64,000 nt of DNA from Nitrosopumilus sp. (GTDB lineage: Archaea > Thermoproteota > Nitrososphaeria > Nitrososphaerales > Nitrosopumilaceae), in contig OZ244651.1 in NCBI GenBank assembly GCA_965218695.1, positions 512,001 through 576,000 of the forward strand, read 5' to 3'. The notes under the pieces are model-generated. The model saw only the letters and a program-made list of their open reading frames with translations. It did no database searches and was not told where the DNA came from. Position 1 is the first letter of the stretch. Each line of letters begins with the position of its first letter. Made by a program: the position numbers and the translations under genes. Below are positions 40,778 through 49,650 of the stretch, one piece after another.

Positions 40778-41359
40778 CTAGTAAATCATCAGGTCCTTCT
40801 CTTCCAAAAGCGCGTGCAGGTTATGCACGGAGCGGAACACGTCATCCTCTGTCTTGCCGCCGGTGCATACAAGCTTGCCGGAGGCAAACAGCAGTATGAC
40901 TGTTTTTGGATCCACTATCCTGTGTATGAGCCCTGGGAACTGCTCGGGCTCGTACATGCTCCTTGGCAGCGTGCGCGCGGCATTTTCAAGGTGGATTTTT
41001 CCGCCCAGGTCGATTGCGGCCACGATGTTCTGGACAGTGACTGTTGCCTCGTTTCGTATGCTGATGCCGCCTTTCCTGAGTTTTTTCACCACGGTGTTTA
41101 CCGCGGTAATTGCCAGTTCTTCAGACTTGGCACCCGTGCAGACCATCTTGCCGGTCCGGAATACCAGCGTGGCAGTCTTTGGCACCGCGAGCCTGAATAC
41201 CAGTCCTGGGAACTGTTCCGGGTGGTACTCGGTGCCAGGAAACCTTTCCTGGATGTCGGGCAGATTCATCTCCTGGTCAACCGAAGCCGACGCCACCACG
41301 TTCTCTATCCTAATCACGGGCTTGGTCTGCGGCATGGTTTGGGTTTTTCTGCCTGCCAT
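40778..41359 (-). CDS. tbp: TATA-box binding protein
   Basis: two repeats IENVVAS..YHPEQFPGLVFR..VFRTGKMVCTG / VQNIVA..YEPEQFPGLIHR..LFASGKLVCTG. Confidence 0.97.
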   Translation of the reverse strand: MAGRKTQTMPQTKPVIRIENVVASASVDQEMNLPDIQERFPGTEYHPEQFPGLVFRLAVPKTATLVFRTGKMVCTGAKSEELAITAVNTVVKKLRKGGISIRNEATVTVQNIVAAIDLGGKIHLENAARTLPRSMYEPEQFPGLIHRIVDPKTVILLFASGKLVCTGGKTEDDVFRSVHNLHALLEEKDLMIY

Positions 41360-41476
41360 ATATCAGTGATGGGGCAAGCCAGCCATCTACTGACACGTAC
41401 GTGAACGAGGAGGCAATATTTCTTAGCGGACGGATGTCTTTTTGTAATAATTCGGCGAGGGGTGCGACAGGACGCG

Positions 41477-41674
41477 TCAAAATCCGAACGGTATGAGAAC
41501 CAGCCAGCCAATCACGACTGCCAGCAACACGACCCAAGACATGTGCCAAAAATACGTTGCCGTCTCTGGCATGTCCTGGTTGTTGTAAAACTTCCACAAT
41601 ATTATGCCGGCTATGGGGCCGAACAGCACCACAAGAAACACGTGCTTCATACTTGGAAATTCCAGCCGTACCAT
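41477..41674 (-). CDS. small two-TM membrane protein
   Basis: two hydrophobic segments; TTTTAA 28 nt upstream. Confidence 0.6.
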   Translation of the reverse strand: MVRLEFPSMKHVFLVVLFGPIAGIILWKFYNNQDMPETATYFWHMSWVVLLAVVIGWLVLIPFGF

Positions 41675-41808
41675 GTGTTTGCTATACGGGGTCGGGTTAA
41701 AACGATTTCCGACAACTCAGGCATTATGTGCAAGCTGGATATACCTGTCCGGTTAGTACTATTGTGGATGGCGTCATGCAACGCCTGTATAATGGATAAT
41801 TGGGGTAG

Positions 41809-42630
41809 TTGAAGGCTCATGAAAACCCGTTTTTAACAGAATCGTCCACGGTGTTTCATGAGCGCGTGTTCCTGCCCGTCCCGACCCCGGTACTGGACGA
41901 AACAGCAGGCGAGACCGTATGTTCCAAGTGCGCGTACGTGTTGGATTCCTCCATGGAGCAGCCAGGCAAGAACGAAAATTACTCCATGTTTGGCAGCCGC
42001 GCCTCGTCCACCCAAATCGTCGGAAGCAAAAGAATGCGGCGTGCAAGCCAGATGTCCAACAAGGTAGACCAGAAAAGGCTGAACGCGACCTACATGACAA
42101 AATCATGCTGCACCAAGCTCGGCATGCCGCAGGCAGTGGGAGACCGCGCCATGATTATGTTTGACAGGTTCCGGCATACGCTCCGCGGCAGGCGCCTGGC
42201 AGACCTGGTGGCCGCCACGCTCTACATGGCATGCAGGGAGCACGGCGTGACGCGCAGCATGAAAGAGGTGGCAATGGCAGTCAATGCGAACCGCAGGGGC
42301 GCAAAGCGCGCATACACCATACTGCATAAATCAATGGATGCAACCCTGCCGGTCCAGGACTCTGCCGGTTTTGCCACGCGGCTGGCATCTGATCTCGGTT
42401 TGCCAGAAAAGACTGCACGGAGGGCATTGAAAATACTGGAACAACTTGATGCTTCCGGCCGGGCCGAGGGGCGCAGCCCAATCACTCTTTCGGCGTACGC
42501 CATATACGCGGCCTTGGACGGCACGGAGGGCGTCACGCAGAGAAGGATAGCCCAATCCGCGGGAATAACTGACGTCTCGCTGAGGCTTCTGAACAAGGCG
42601 TTCGGGTCGCCGACTGGCACCGCATCATAG
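41809..42630 (+). CDS. tfb: divergent transcription initiation factor IIB (TFB); probable 5' frameshift
   Basis: LDETAGETVCSKCAYVL half zinc ribbon; two cyclin repeats (LRGRR..DLVAATLYMACR; GRSPITLSAYAIY; TQRRIA..AGITDVSLR). Confidence 0.85.
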   Translation: MKAHENPFLTESSTVFHERVFLPVPTPVLDETAGETVCSKCAYVLDSSMEQPGKNENYSMFGSRASSTQIVGSKRMRRASQMSNKVDQKRLNATYMTKSCCTKLGMPQAVGDRAMIMFDRFRHTLRGRRLADLVAATLYMACREHGVTRSMKEVAMAVNANRRGAKRAYTILHKSMDATLPVQDSAGFATRLASDLGLPEKTARRALKILEQLDASGRAEGRSPITLSAYAIYAALDGTEGVTQRRIAQSAGITDVSLRLLNKAFGSPTGTAS

Positions 42631-42686
42631 TGTTCCTATTCAGCGTAGAAACACAACTTAAAACATGCGCACGCGTCCACCACATA

Positions 42687-45344
42687 ATGGTCGACATCAA
42701 CAAACTGCAAAAGGCCGCGCAAAAGTTCGCCGACGACTGGAAAGACGCTTCGTATGAGCGTGGGGAGACGCAGACGTTCTATAACGACCTGTTTGCCATA
42801 TTTGGCAAAGACAGGAGGGATTATGCCAGATACGAAAAAAGGGCAAGGCGGATTAACAAAAACGACGGGTTCATAGACCTGTTGTGGCCTGGCGTGCTGC
42901 TCGTGGAGCAAAAGAGCCGGGGGAAAGATCTCGGCGAGGCATACGTGCAGGCAGACGAGTATTTTGAAGGATTGGAAGAGAATGAGCGACCGCGCTACAT
43001 ACTGACGTGCGACTTCCAAAAATGGGAACTGCATGATCTTGACGAGAATGAAGATTACGCATTCGACCTGAAAGATTTGCCAAAACACATCCACCTGTTC
43101 AATTTCATGCAGAAAGGCGAGTACGTGCCACCGCCCGCGGATCCGGTCAGCATCAAGGCGTCTGAAAAAATGGCAAAACTGTATGACGCGCTGAAAGATG
43201 GTAGGTACGACAAGAAGAACATGGAATACCTGTTGACCAGGCTGACGTTTTGCATGTTTGCAGACTATGTCGGCATCTTCAACCCTGGCGACTTTAGGAA
43301 ATATTTGAATGCTGACATGCAGCCCGGAGCCGCGGAAGTTGGCGGAAAACTTGTCGAACTATTCGACGTGTTGGATACGCCCGAAGACGAGCGCCAGGTC
43401 GCGTTGAGGGAGGGTTTGGAGGCATTCAGGTACATCAACGGTGGTCTGTTCAACGAAACGATCAAGATTCCGTCATTCAACAACTATTCCAGAAATTTGC
43501 TCAGGGAGGCCGCCGACGAGGACTGGTCAAAGGTGTCGCCTGCCATATTCGGCGCGCTGTTCCAGAACATCATGGACGCGGACGAGCGCCGCAGTTCCGG
43601 CTCGCATTATACGCCGGAGGAAAACATAATGAAAGTCATACGGCCACTATTCCTGGACGAGTTGGAGGCCGAGTTCGAGTCAATACAAGCCAAGCCAAAC
43701 AACAAGCGCGCGCTTGAGAATTTCCAATCCAAGCTGTCTGGCCTGACGTTTTTTGATCCGGCCTGTGGTGCCGGAAACTTCCTCATAATCGCGTACAGGG
43801 AGATACGCAGACTGGAAACGCGCACATTGTCGGAGCTGTACGGGAAACAGAAAACGTTTAGCACGCACGAGCTGTCAAAGATAGACGTAGACCAGTTTTA
43901 CGGAATAGAAATCAACAAGTTTTCTGCCAGCATTGCGCAAACGTCGCTGTGGATGATGGACCACATGATGAACCTCGAACTGGGCGACGCGCTTGAAGAC
44001 ACGTTCACGCGCATTCCGATAGAAAAATCCCCAAACATTATCTGCGCCGACGCGCTTGAAATGGATTGGGAAACCCTGTTGGAGCCTAATGATTGTTCAT
44101 ACATATTGGGCAACCCACCGTTTGCAGGCGGTAACAATATGGGCAGGGATAGGCTGGCAACTACCATGCAAATCACAGGCAGCGGCGTGTTAGATTATGT
44201 GTGCAATTGGTTCGTCAAGGCCGCCGAATATGCTAGCGATTTTACAGGCATAGGATTCGTTGCAACGAACAGTATAGTGCAGGGAGAACAAACCCAGATG
44301 TTATGGAATGCGTTGAAGCGTCACAATGTACACATTAAATTTGCATACACGCCATTCAAATGGGATTCCGATACGACTGGCAAGGCACACGTCCATGTGG
44401 TCATAATTGGATTGTTTAAGGGAAACAAAAACGAGAAAAAATATTTGTTTCATGGTGATATGGAAGAAAATCCCAATTACATATCACCTTATCTCGATGG
44501 CACAACGCATGAAACGGTAACGGTTGCATCGGCAAGCCGTCCCATAAACGGCCTCCCAAAAATCAAGACAGGAACAGAACCTAGAGACGGCAAAAATTAC
44601 ATTTTTGACGAGACCCGTATGAAGGCCTTTCTGAAAGATGAACCGTTGGCAGTAAAACACATGTACCCATACATTGGTGGAAAAGACCACATCAGTGGTG
44701 ACAAGCGTTGGATACTGTCGCTCCATGACGCAGATCCATCAGAAGTAAGGGCTATGCCACATGTCATGAACATCGTTAAAAAAGTTCAAGATTTCAGGGC
44801 ACGAAGTAAAAATGAACCAACTAGGATTCTGCCGCCGAGACAATTTTACATAACACTTATTCCAAAGGCTCCTTTTCTGGTAATACCTGAGACTACTTCC
44901 GATACGCGCGATTACATTCCTATTGGATATGCCGAGCCGCCGGCGATTCCAAGTAAGGCCACTAAAATAATTGAAAACGCGGATCTAGGATTATTTGGCT
45001 TGCTGACATCGAACATGCACATGGTCTGGCTTCGAAATGTAGGAGGCAGACTGAAAAGCGATCTTAGGTACTCAATCAATATAGTATACAACACATTTCC
45101 TGTTCCAAATGAGCCGCTTGACGTATTGGAACCGTATGCCCAAGCAGTATTGGACGCCCGTGCTAAATATCCCGATTCCACATTGGCGGATTTGTATGAT
45201 TCAAATGCTATGCCACCAGACTTGCGCAAGGCCCACAGGGTGCTTGACCGCAAAGTGGACAGGATGTACCGCAAGGGTGGATTCGGCAACGACGATGAAC
45301 GGTTCGAGTTTCTGCTTGAAGAGTATGGCAAAATGACCAAGTGA
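42687..45344 (+). CDS. MmeI-like type IIL restriction-modification enzyme
   Basis: ERGETQTF, GFIDLLWPG.LLVEQKS nuclease, YINGGLF, HYTP, DPACGAGNF, GNPPF, GGRLKSDLRYS...YNTFP; ATG 42687 follows a TATA box. Confidence 0.92.
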   Translation: MVDINKLQKAAQKFADDWKDASYERGETQTFYNDLFAIFGKDRRDYARYEKRARRINKNDGFIDLLWPGVLLVEQKSRGKDLGEAYVQADEYFEGLEENERPRYILTCDFQKWELHDLDENEDYAFDLKDLPKHIHLFNFMQKGEYVPPPADPVSIKASEKMAKLYDALKDGRYDKKNMEYLLTRLTFCMFADYVGIFNPGDFRKYLNADMQPGAAEVGGKLVELFDVLDTPEDERQVALREGLEAFRYINGGLFNETIKIPSFNNYSRNLLREAADEDWSKVSPAIFGALFQNIMDADERRSSGSHYTPEENIMKVIRPLFLDELEAEFESIQAKPNNKRALENFQSKLSGLTFFDPACGAGNFLIIAYREIRRLETRTLSELYGKQKTFSTHELSKIDVDQFYGIEINKFSASIAQTSLWMMDHMMNLELGDALEDTFTRIPIEKSPNIICADALEMDWETLLEPNDCSYILGNPPFAGGNNMGRDRLATTMQITGSGVLDYVCNWFVKAAEYASDFTGIGFVATNSIVQGEQTQMLWNALKRHNVHIKFAYTPFKWDSDTTGKAHVHVVIIGLFKGNKNEKKYLFHGDMEENPNYISPYLDGTTHETVTVASASRPINGLPKIKTGTEPRDGKNYIFDETRMKAFLKDEPLAVKHMYPYIGGKDHISGDKRWILSLHDADPSEVRAMPHVMNIVKKVQDFRARSKNEPTRILPPRQFYITLIPKAPFLVIPETTSDTRDYIPIGYAEPPAIPSKATKIIENADLGLFGLLTSNMHMVWLRNVGGRLKSDLRYSINIVYNTFPVPNEPLDVLEPYAQAVLDARAKYPDSTLADLYDSNAMPPDLRKAHRVLDRKVDRMYRKGGFGNDDERFEFLLEEYGKMTK

Positions 45345-45377
45345 TTTGTTTCAACCGTTTGATGTGTGGGAGTACAC

Positions 45378-45650
45378 ATGAAAAAACGCCTCTCCACACC
45401 CAATGCGTTCAAGCACGCATTGGAGCGCGACGGCGTCATAGTAGTGCACAGGCGGTACATGCCTGCCGAGAAGAAAACGAGGATCCATCGTCCTGCTTGC
45501 TGGTGCGTGCATGGCATCTCGGCCCGGTTAAGCGGAGGCAAACCGCCGCGCAAAAAGCAGCAGTACTGGCATTACGACGCCTATGAGAAAGCGAGGTTGA
45601 ATTATCCTGATTCCAGATCGTGTAGGTTGTGCAGACCGGACAAGGCTTGA
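45378..45650 (+). CDS. small metal-binding protein
   Basis: IHRPAC ... CRLC motif (Ada metal-binding-like). Confidence 0.55.
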   Translation: MKKRLSTPNAFKHALERDGVIVVHRRYMPAEKKTRIHRPACWCVHGISARLSGGKPPRKKQQYWHYDAYEKARLNYPDSRSCRLCRPDKA

Positions 45651-45703
45651 TTAGGTTGACCACCCAATACGGTCAGAAAAACACGCCAATTTTGAAGAGT
45701 CAT

Positions 45704-45871
45704 TCAAGCCTTACAGGCATGTGCATTTATGCATTTTTGGCAGAACGCGATGCCACACTTGCCACATCTATCCGTGCAGTCTTTGCAGTTTTCATTTCCG
45801 CAGTCCCGGCATTTATTCAGCGCGTTATCAGACGCGGTAAAATATGTGGTGCAATCATCGCAAGTGGGCAT
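45704..45871 (-). CDS. 55-aa protein with five CxxC motifs (not in ORF track)
   Basis: MPTCDDCTTYFTASDNALNKCRDCGNENCKDCTDRCGKCGIAFCQKCINAHACKA. Confidence 0.65.
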   Translation of the reverse strand: MPTCDDCTTYFTASDNALNKCRDCGNENCKDCTDRCGKCGIAFCQKCINAHACKA

Positions 45872-46039
45872 GGATCTAGACCTCTTCGCCCCATGACGGA
45901 TCCGGATGGAGCACGCAGTTAGAGCAGACTATATTCACCATGATTTGTATTACTGAGAATGGTATAAGCGGTTCTGTTCAAATAGAGTGGTCTGGCACAT
46001 ACGGGTTGGATGGATGTTGGTTAGGATCCATAATTTTGA

Positions 46040-47659
46040 GTATCTGTGTAGTTTTTTGATCAAATGTTGAACTCCATATCTACAATCAGAAAATCCGCGT
46101 CTGTCTAGTTTTTTGAAACTATTTTTGATCACTTGATCGAGTTTTTCTCTCCGTCCTAATTTTTAGATCATTGCTGCCCACGGTTTGCATATGTCTGATG
46201 ATAATTCCGAGTCAAGGATTGCAGAACTGGAGGAAAAAGTGGAGATGATGGCAGGGCAGCTGGCCGAAAAAGACCGGCAGATAGCCAAACTCACTGATCT
46301 TTACGCTGCCGCCCTCAAACAGATCCAGGATCTCACGGCAGAGTTGCAGGAGGCAAAGGGCATCATATCGGCTGCCGTTGCAAGGAGCATCGGCGCAAAA
46401 CCTGACAAAAAGACGGGCAGTACCCGGCGCCGCGCAAAGGGCAAGGGCAAGGCCAAGGGCAAGCCAAGTGACCACAAACGCACGGGCCTTGCGCGTCCTG
46501 AAAGAATAGACGCAGAGGAGACGGCAGATCCCCACACGTGCGACAACTGCGGCAGCTCCGACCTCTCCGAGTGCGTATCCACGTACACAAAGGTGGTAAG
46601 GGAGGCTGCCAAGACGGAACTAAAGCACATCAAGGTGACAGTAAAGAGAAGGCGTTGCAGGAACTGCAAGAGGACCGTGTCCGGCAGGACTCCGCTGGCA
46701 CTGCCAAACTCCAGGTACGGGATCAACTTTATGATAATGATGGTCATCCTCAGGCTGCACGGCATGTCAGACCTCAGAATATGCAATATTGTCATGATGA
46801 TGTACTCGGCAAGAATCACGGAATCTGCGATAAACCGCATGGTGTGCAGGATGGCCCGGGAGCTCGGGCCGCTGTACGAGAAGATCAAGGAGGAGGTAAG
46901 AAACTCGCCTGCGATAAACGGGGACGAGACAATCTGGCGCGTCGACGGCACGAACTACTGGCTGTGGGCGGTGGTAACAAGGTACGCCGTAATCTACGAG
47001 GTGCACCGCCGCAGGAACTCGAAGGTTCCAAAAAAGATGCTCGGCAAGGACTACCCGGGATGCGTCACGTCTGACTCGTGGGCCGCGTGGAACGTCATCG
47101 GATCCGAACACCAAAAGTGCCACCTTCATTACGCCCGGGACATCAAGGACACCCTGAAATACAAGAATCCCGGCTACGACTACAAGCGTCACGCAAGGAC
47201 GCTGCGCGCGATACTGTGGGACTCGCACATCGACGGCGCCGTTCCGGGAGGGGCAGACGCGCTTGCCGCAAAGAAGAGGCTGGATCGTCGTATCGCGTCA
47301 CTTATCGGCAGGCTCGAAAAGGACCGCGACTGCAAGCACTGCAACAGGATGCGCAAGAGGCTGGTGCGGGAAAAAGGCCACCTGTTTGCGTTTCTGGAGA
47401 CAGACGGCGTCGAATACCACAACAACCGGGCAGAGCGGGCCATCAGGCCGTGCGTCATCCTGCGCAAGAACAGCAACGGGAGCAGGTCAAAGAAGGGCGC
47501 AGATGCCATTGCCACGCTGATGAGCATCAAGCAGACATGCAAGGCAAGGGGAGATGATCTTGGCACGATCCTGCGCGAGGGCCTGGTCCTATGTCAAAAA
47601 AATACATAGTTTCTTGGAGACATGGAATTCAGCATTTGATCAAAAAACTACACAGTTAC
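46040..47659 (+). mobile_element. IS66-family insertion sequence (copy B)
   Basis: same 27-bp TIRs as 10223..11887; no TSD. Confidence 0.92.
46185..47609 (+). CDS. IS66-family transposase
   Basis: near-identical to 10273..11742; GDETIW, HNNRAERAIR. Confidence 0.9.
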   Translation: MHMSDDNSESRIAELEEKVEMMAGQLAEKDRQIAKLTDLYAAALKQIQDLTAELQEAKGIISAAVARSIGAKPDKKTGSTRRRAKGKGKAKGKPSDHKRTGLARPERIDAEETADPHTCDNCGSSDLSECVSTYTKVVREAAKTELKHIKVTVKRRRCRNCKRTVSGRTPLALPNSRYGINFMIMMVILRLHGMSDLRICNIVMMMYSARITESAINRMVCRMARELGPLYEKIKEEVRNSPAINGDETIWRVDGTNYWLWAVVTRYAVIYEVHRRRNSKVPKKMLGKDYPGCVTSDSWAAWNVIGSEHQKCHLHYARDIKDTLKYKNPGYDYKRHARTLRAILWDSHIDGAVPGGADALAAKKRLDRRIASLIGRLEKDRDCKHCNRMRKRLVREKGHLFAFLETDGVEYHNNRAERAIRPCVILRKNSNGSRSKKGADAIATLMSIKQTCKARGDDLGTILREGLVLCQKNT

Positions 47660-47660
47660 A

Positions 47661-47819
47661 AATGGTCAAATTCCTACTGCGGTGGTAGCACACACGGCTT
47701 TGGCCTGTAGTGGTGGAACCACCGGGGACATTGACAACAGAAGTGAATACATCCTACAAGTAAGTGGAACTTCTGACGGCGACATAATTTCAAAAACAAT
47801 ATCAATCCGAGCCCGCTAG
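47661..47819 (+). pseudogene. 3' fragment of a second type IV pilin gene
   Basis: ...EYILQVSGTSDGDIISKTISIRAR* aligns with EYLIEISGTTAANEPIIQTATVRVR* of 38847..39476; oligo-T follows. Confidence 0.65.
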
Positions 47820-48200
47820 AACCCAAATCCTTTTTTCTATTTTTTCACACCCCGGAGCCACGCGGCTGCGCCGCACCATGATAACGGCACCTACGGGCAA
47901 CATGTTCGGGGCCTCACGCACTACGGTCCAGACTTTGCTTAGGGACTGTCCAAACCGGAACAGATGCCGCTCCATCTCGTGCCCGTGCAGCACGCGGCAG
48001 CGCCGTCCCTTGCCAGCGGCCGGCAAAACACGACGGCGCGACTGCCAGGCAGGCCCGGCGACCGTCACGGTCCTTCCAAACCCACGTGCCATCTACCGCA
48101 TGCCACTATTACGGTTTAAATGAGACACCAATGCCATCCGGCACGATGTCCCACGATACATACGAGACCATAACCAAGGCCGTGGACGCCGGCAAACTCA

Positions 48201-48470
48201 AGGAGCCGTTTCGCGGCGCTTGACGGCGACACCACAAACATGCTGAGGGACAGCATGGCAAAGATATGGAAGAATACCGGCAAGACTGTCATAATGGTCA
48301 CACACGATCCGCTAGACGCGGCCGTGCTGGGCACCAGGATAATACGGCTGGCAGGCAAACCCGCCAAGATAGTCCAAGACTACCCCAACGATCTCCCGTT
48401 CCCGCGGGATCCTTCCGACGCGAAGGCTTTCGCCGAAAAGATGATCGACGACGCGAAGCGTTTTGCCTGA
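48201..48470 (+). pseudogene. C-terminal fragment of a NitT/TauT-type ABC transporter ATPase
   Basis: EPFAALD D-loop, KTVIMVTHD H-loop; no Walker A or signature motif. Confidence 0.7.
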
Positions 48471-48514
48471 CACGCACGCCCTACCCCTTATACCATTCTC
48501 GAAACAATCAACAC

Positions 48515-48727
48515 ATGGCAAAATGCGGGTGCGGACAGAAACTACTGGAGTGTGATTATTGCCATTCCGGCGAGCTGATATGCGGGAGTATCCAGTCGCA
48601 CCATGGCGGGAACACGACTAGTTGCACCGGCGGTGCCACGTGCACCAAATGCCACGTCGTCCTGCACATCGGCTGCATGGACTTGCATCCGCACAAACTG
48701 TGGCACGGGCAGGAGACCGATCACTGA
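48515..48727 (+). CDS. Cys/His-rich zinc-finger microprotein
   Basis: MAKCGCG...CDYC...CTKC...HIGC; ATG 27 nt after CCCC-TTATAC. Confidence 0.65.
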   Translation: MAKCGCGQKLLECDYCHSGELICGSIQSHHGGNTTSCTGGATCTKCHVVLHIGCMDLHPHKLWHGQETDH

Positions 48728-49158
48728 CGGCTTGGACACGTGAGGCCGTTCCCGCACCACCCAAACTCCTTTTACGTACCGCGTCACATGCGTACATGGG
48801 CGACTGGGCAGACGAAAAGACAAAAGAGATTGCAGATGCCAGCGTCGGCTGCAGCACGTTGGGCTACTGCCGAACTTACAGTGATCTGACGCCGCGTGCC
48901 ACCGACGACTCGTGCAAGCGGTGCGGCGAAGGGGGAACCACATAATGGCAAAGATATGCCGCGTGTGCAGCGAGATAGTGCAATGTAACGAGGTTCCCGA
49001 CAGGCCTGGATTTTTCAGGTGCCCGTACGGGCACGGCCCGTGGGCCGAAGACGATCCCGGGTGGCCTTAGACTCCTTTTGAACAATGCCGCCGTGCGCCA
49101 ATGGCTTTAGGCTTGGCTGCAGGGACCCATTTTTAACAAACTTTACCGATATCACTCC

Positions 49159-49650
49159 ATGCAGACGGCATCATACCAGGGCATCCCGGGAGCGTACGGG
49201 GAAGAGGCCGCAGAACGTTTGGGATTCAGGCCGATATCGTGCCGCTCCTTCGCTGAATGCGTCCACTTGGTTGAAAACGGCGAAGTTGACGCCGCGCTAC
49301 TGCCTGTAGAGAATTCAACCGAAGGAAGCGTGGGGGAATCAACCGACCTGCTCCTGCACACGAACTTGGACATGGTGCGCAAAATCCGCTTGCCGGTGTC
49401 GCATTGCTTGATCGGCTTCGGCAAAGAAAAGAACGTCAAGACGGTATATTCGCACTGGCAGGCACTGGGCCAGTGCAGAAAGACACTCGCGGGACATGCC
49501 ACCGTATCGACTAGCGACACGGCAGGGGCTGTAAAGCAGGTAAGCGGCATGAAGGACGGTAGTTCCGCGGCGATAGGGAGCAAGAAGGCCGCGCGCATTT
49601 ACGGCGTGCCGGTGATAAGGGAGCACGTCAGCGACGTGCGGGAAAACTAG
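49159..49650 (+). pseudogene. pheA: prephenate dehydratase truncated by IS
   Basis: YQG.PGAY.E, LPVENSTEGSV, YSH.QALGQC, DTAGAV; stops at the IS end just before the TRF motif and ACT domain. Confidence 0.88.

Noticed and set aside
47802-48123. Overlapping short ORFs on both strands
   Set aside because: No motif, promoter or homologue within the window to choose a frame.
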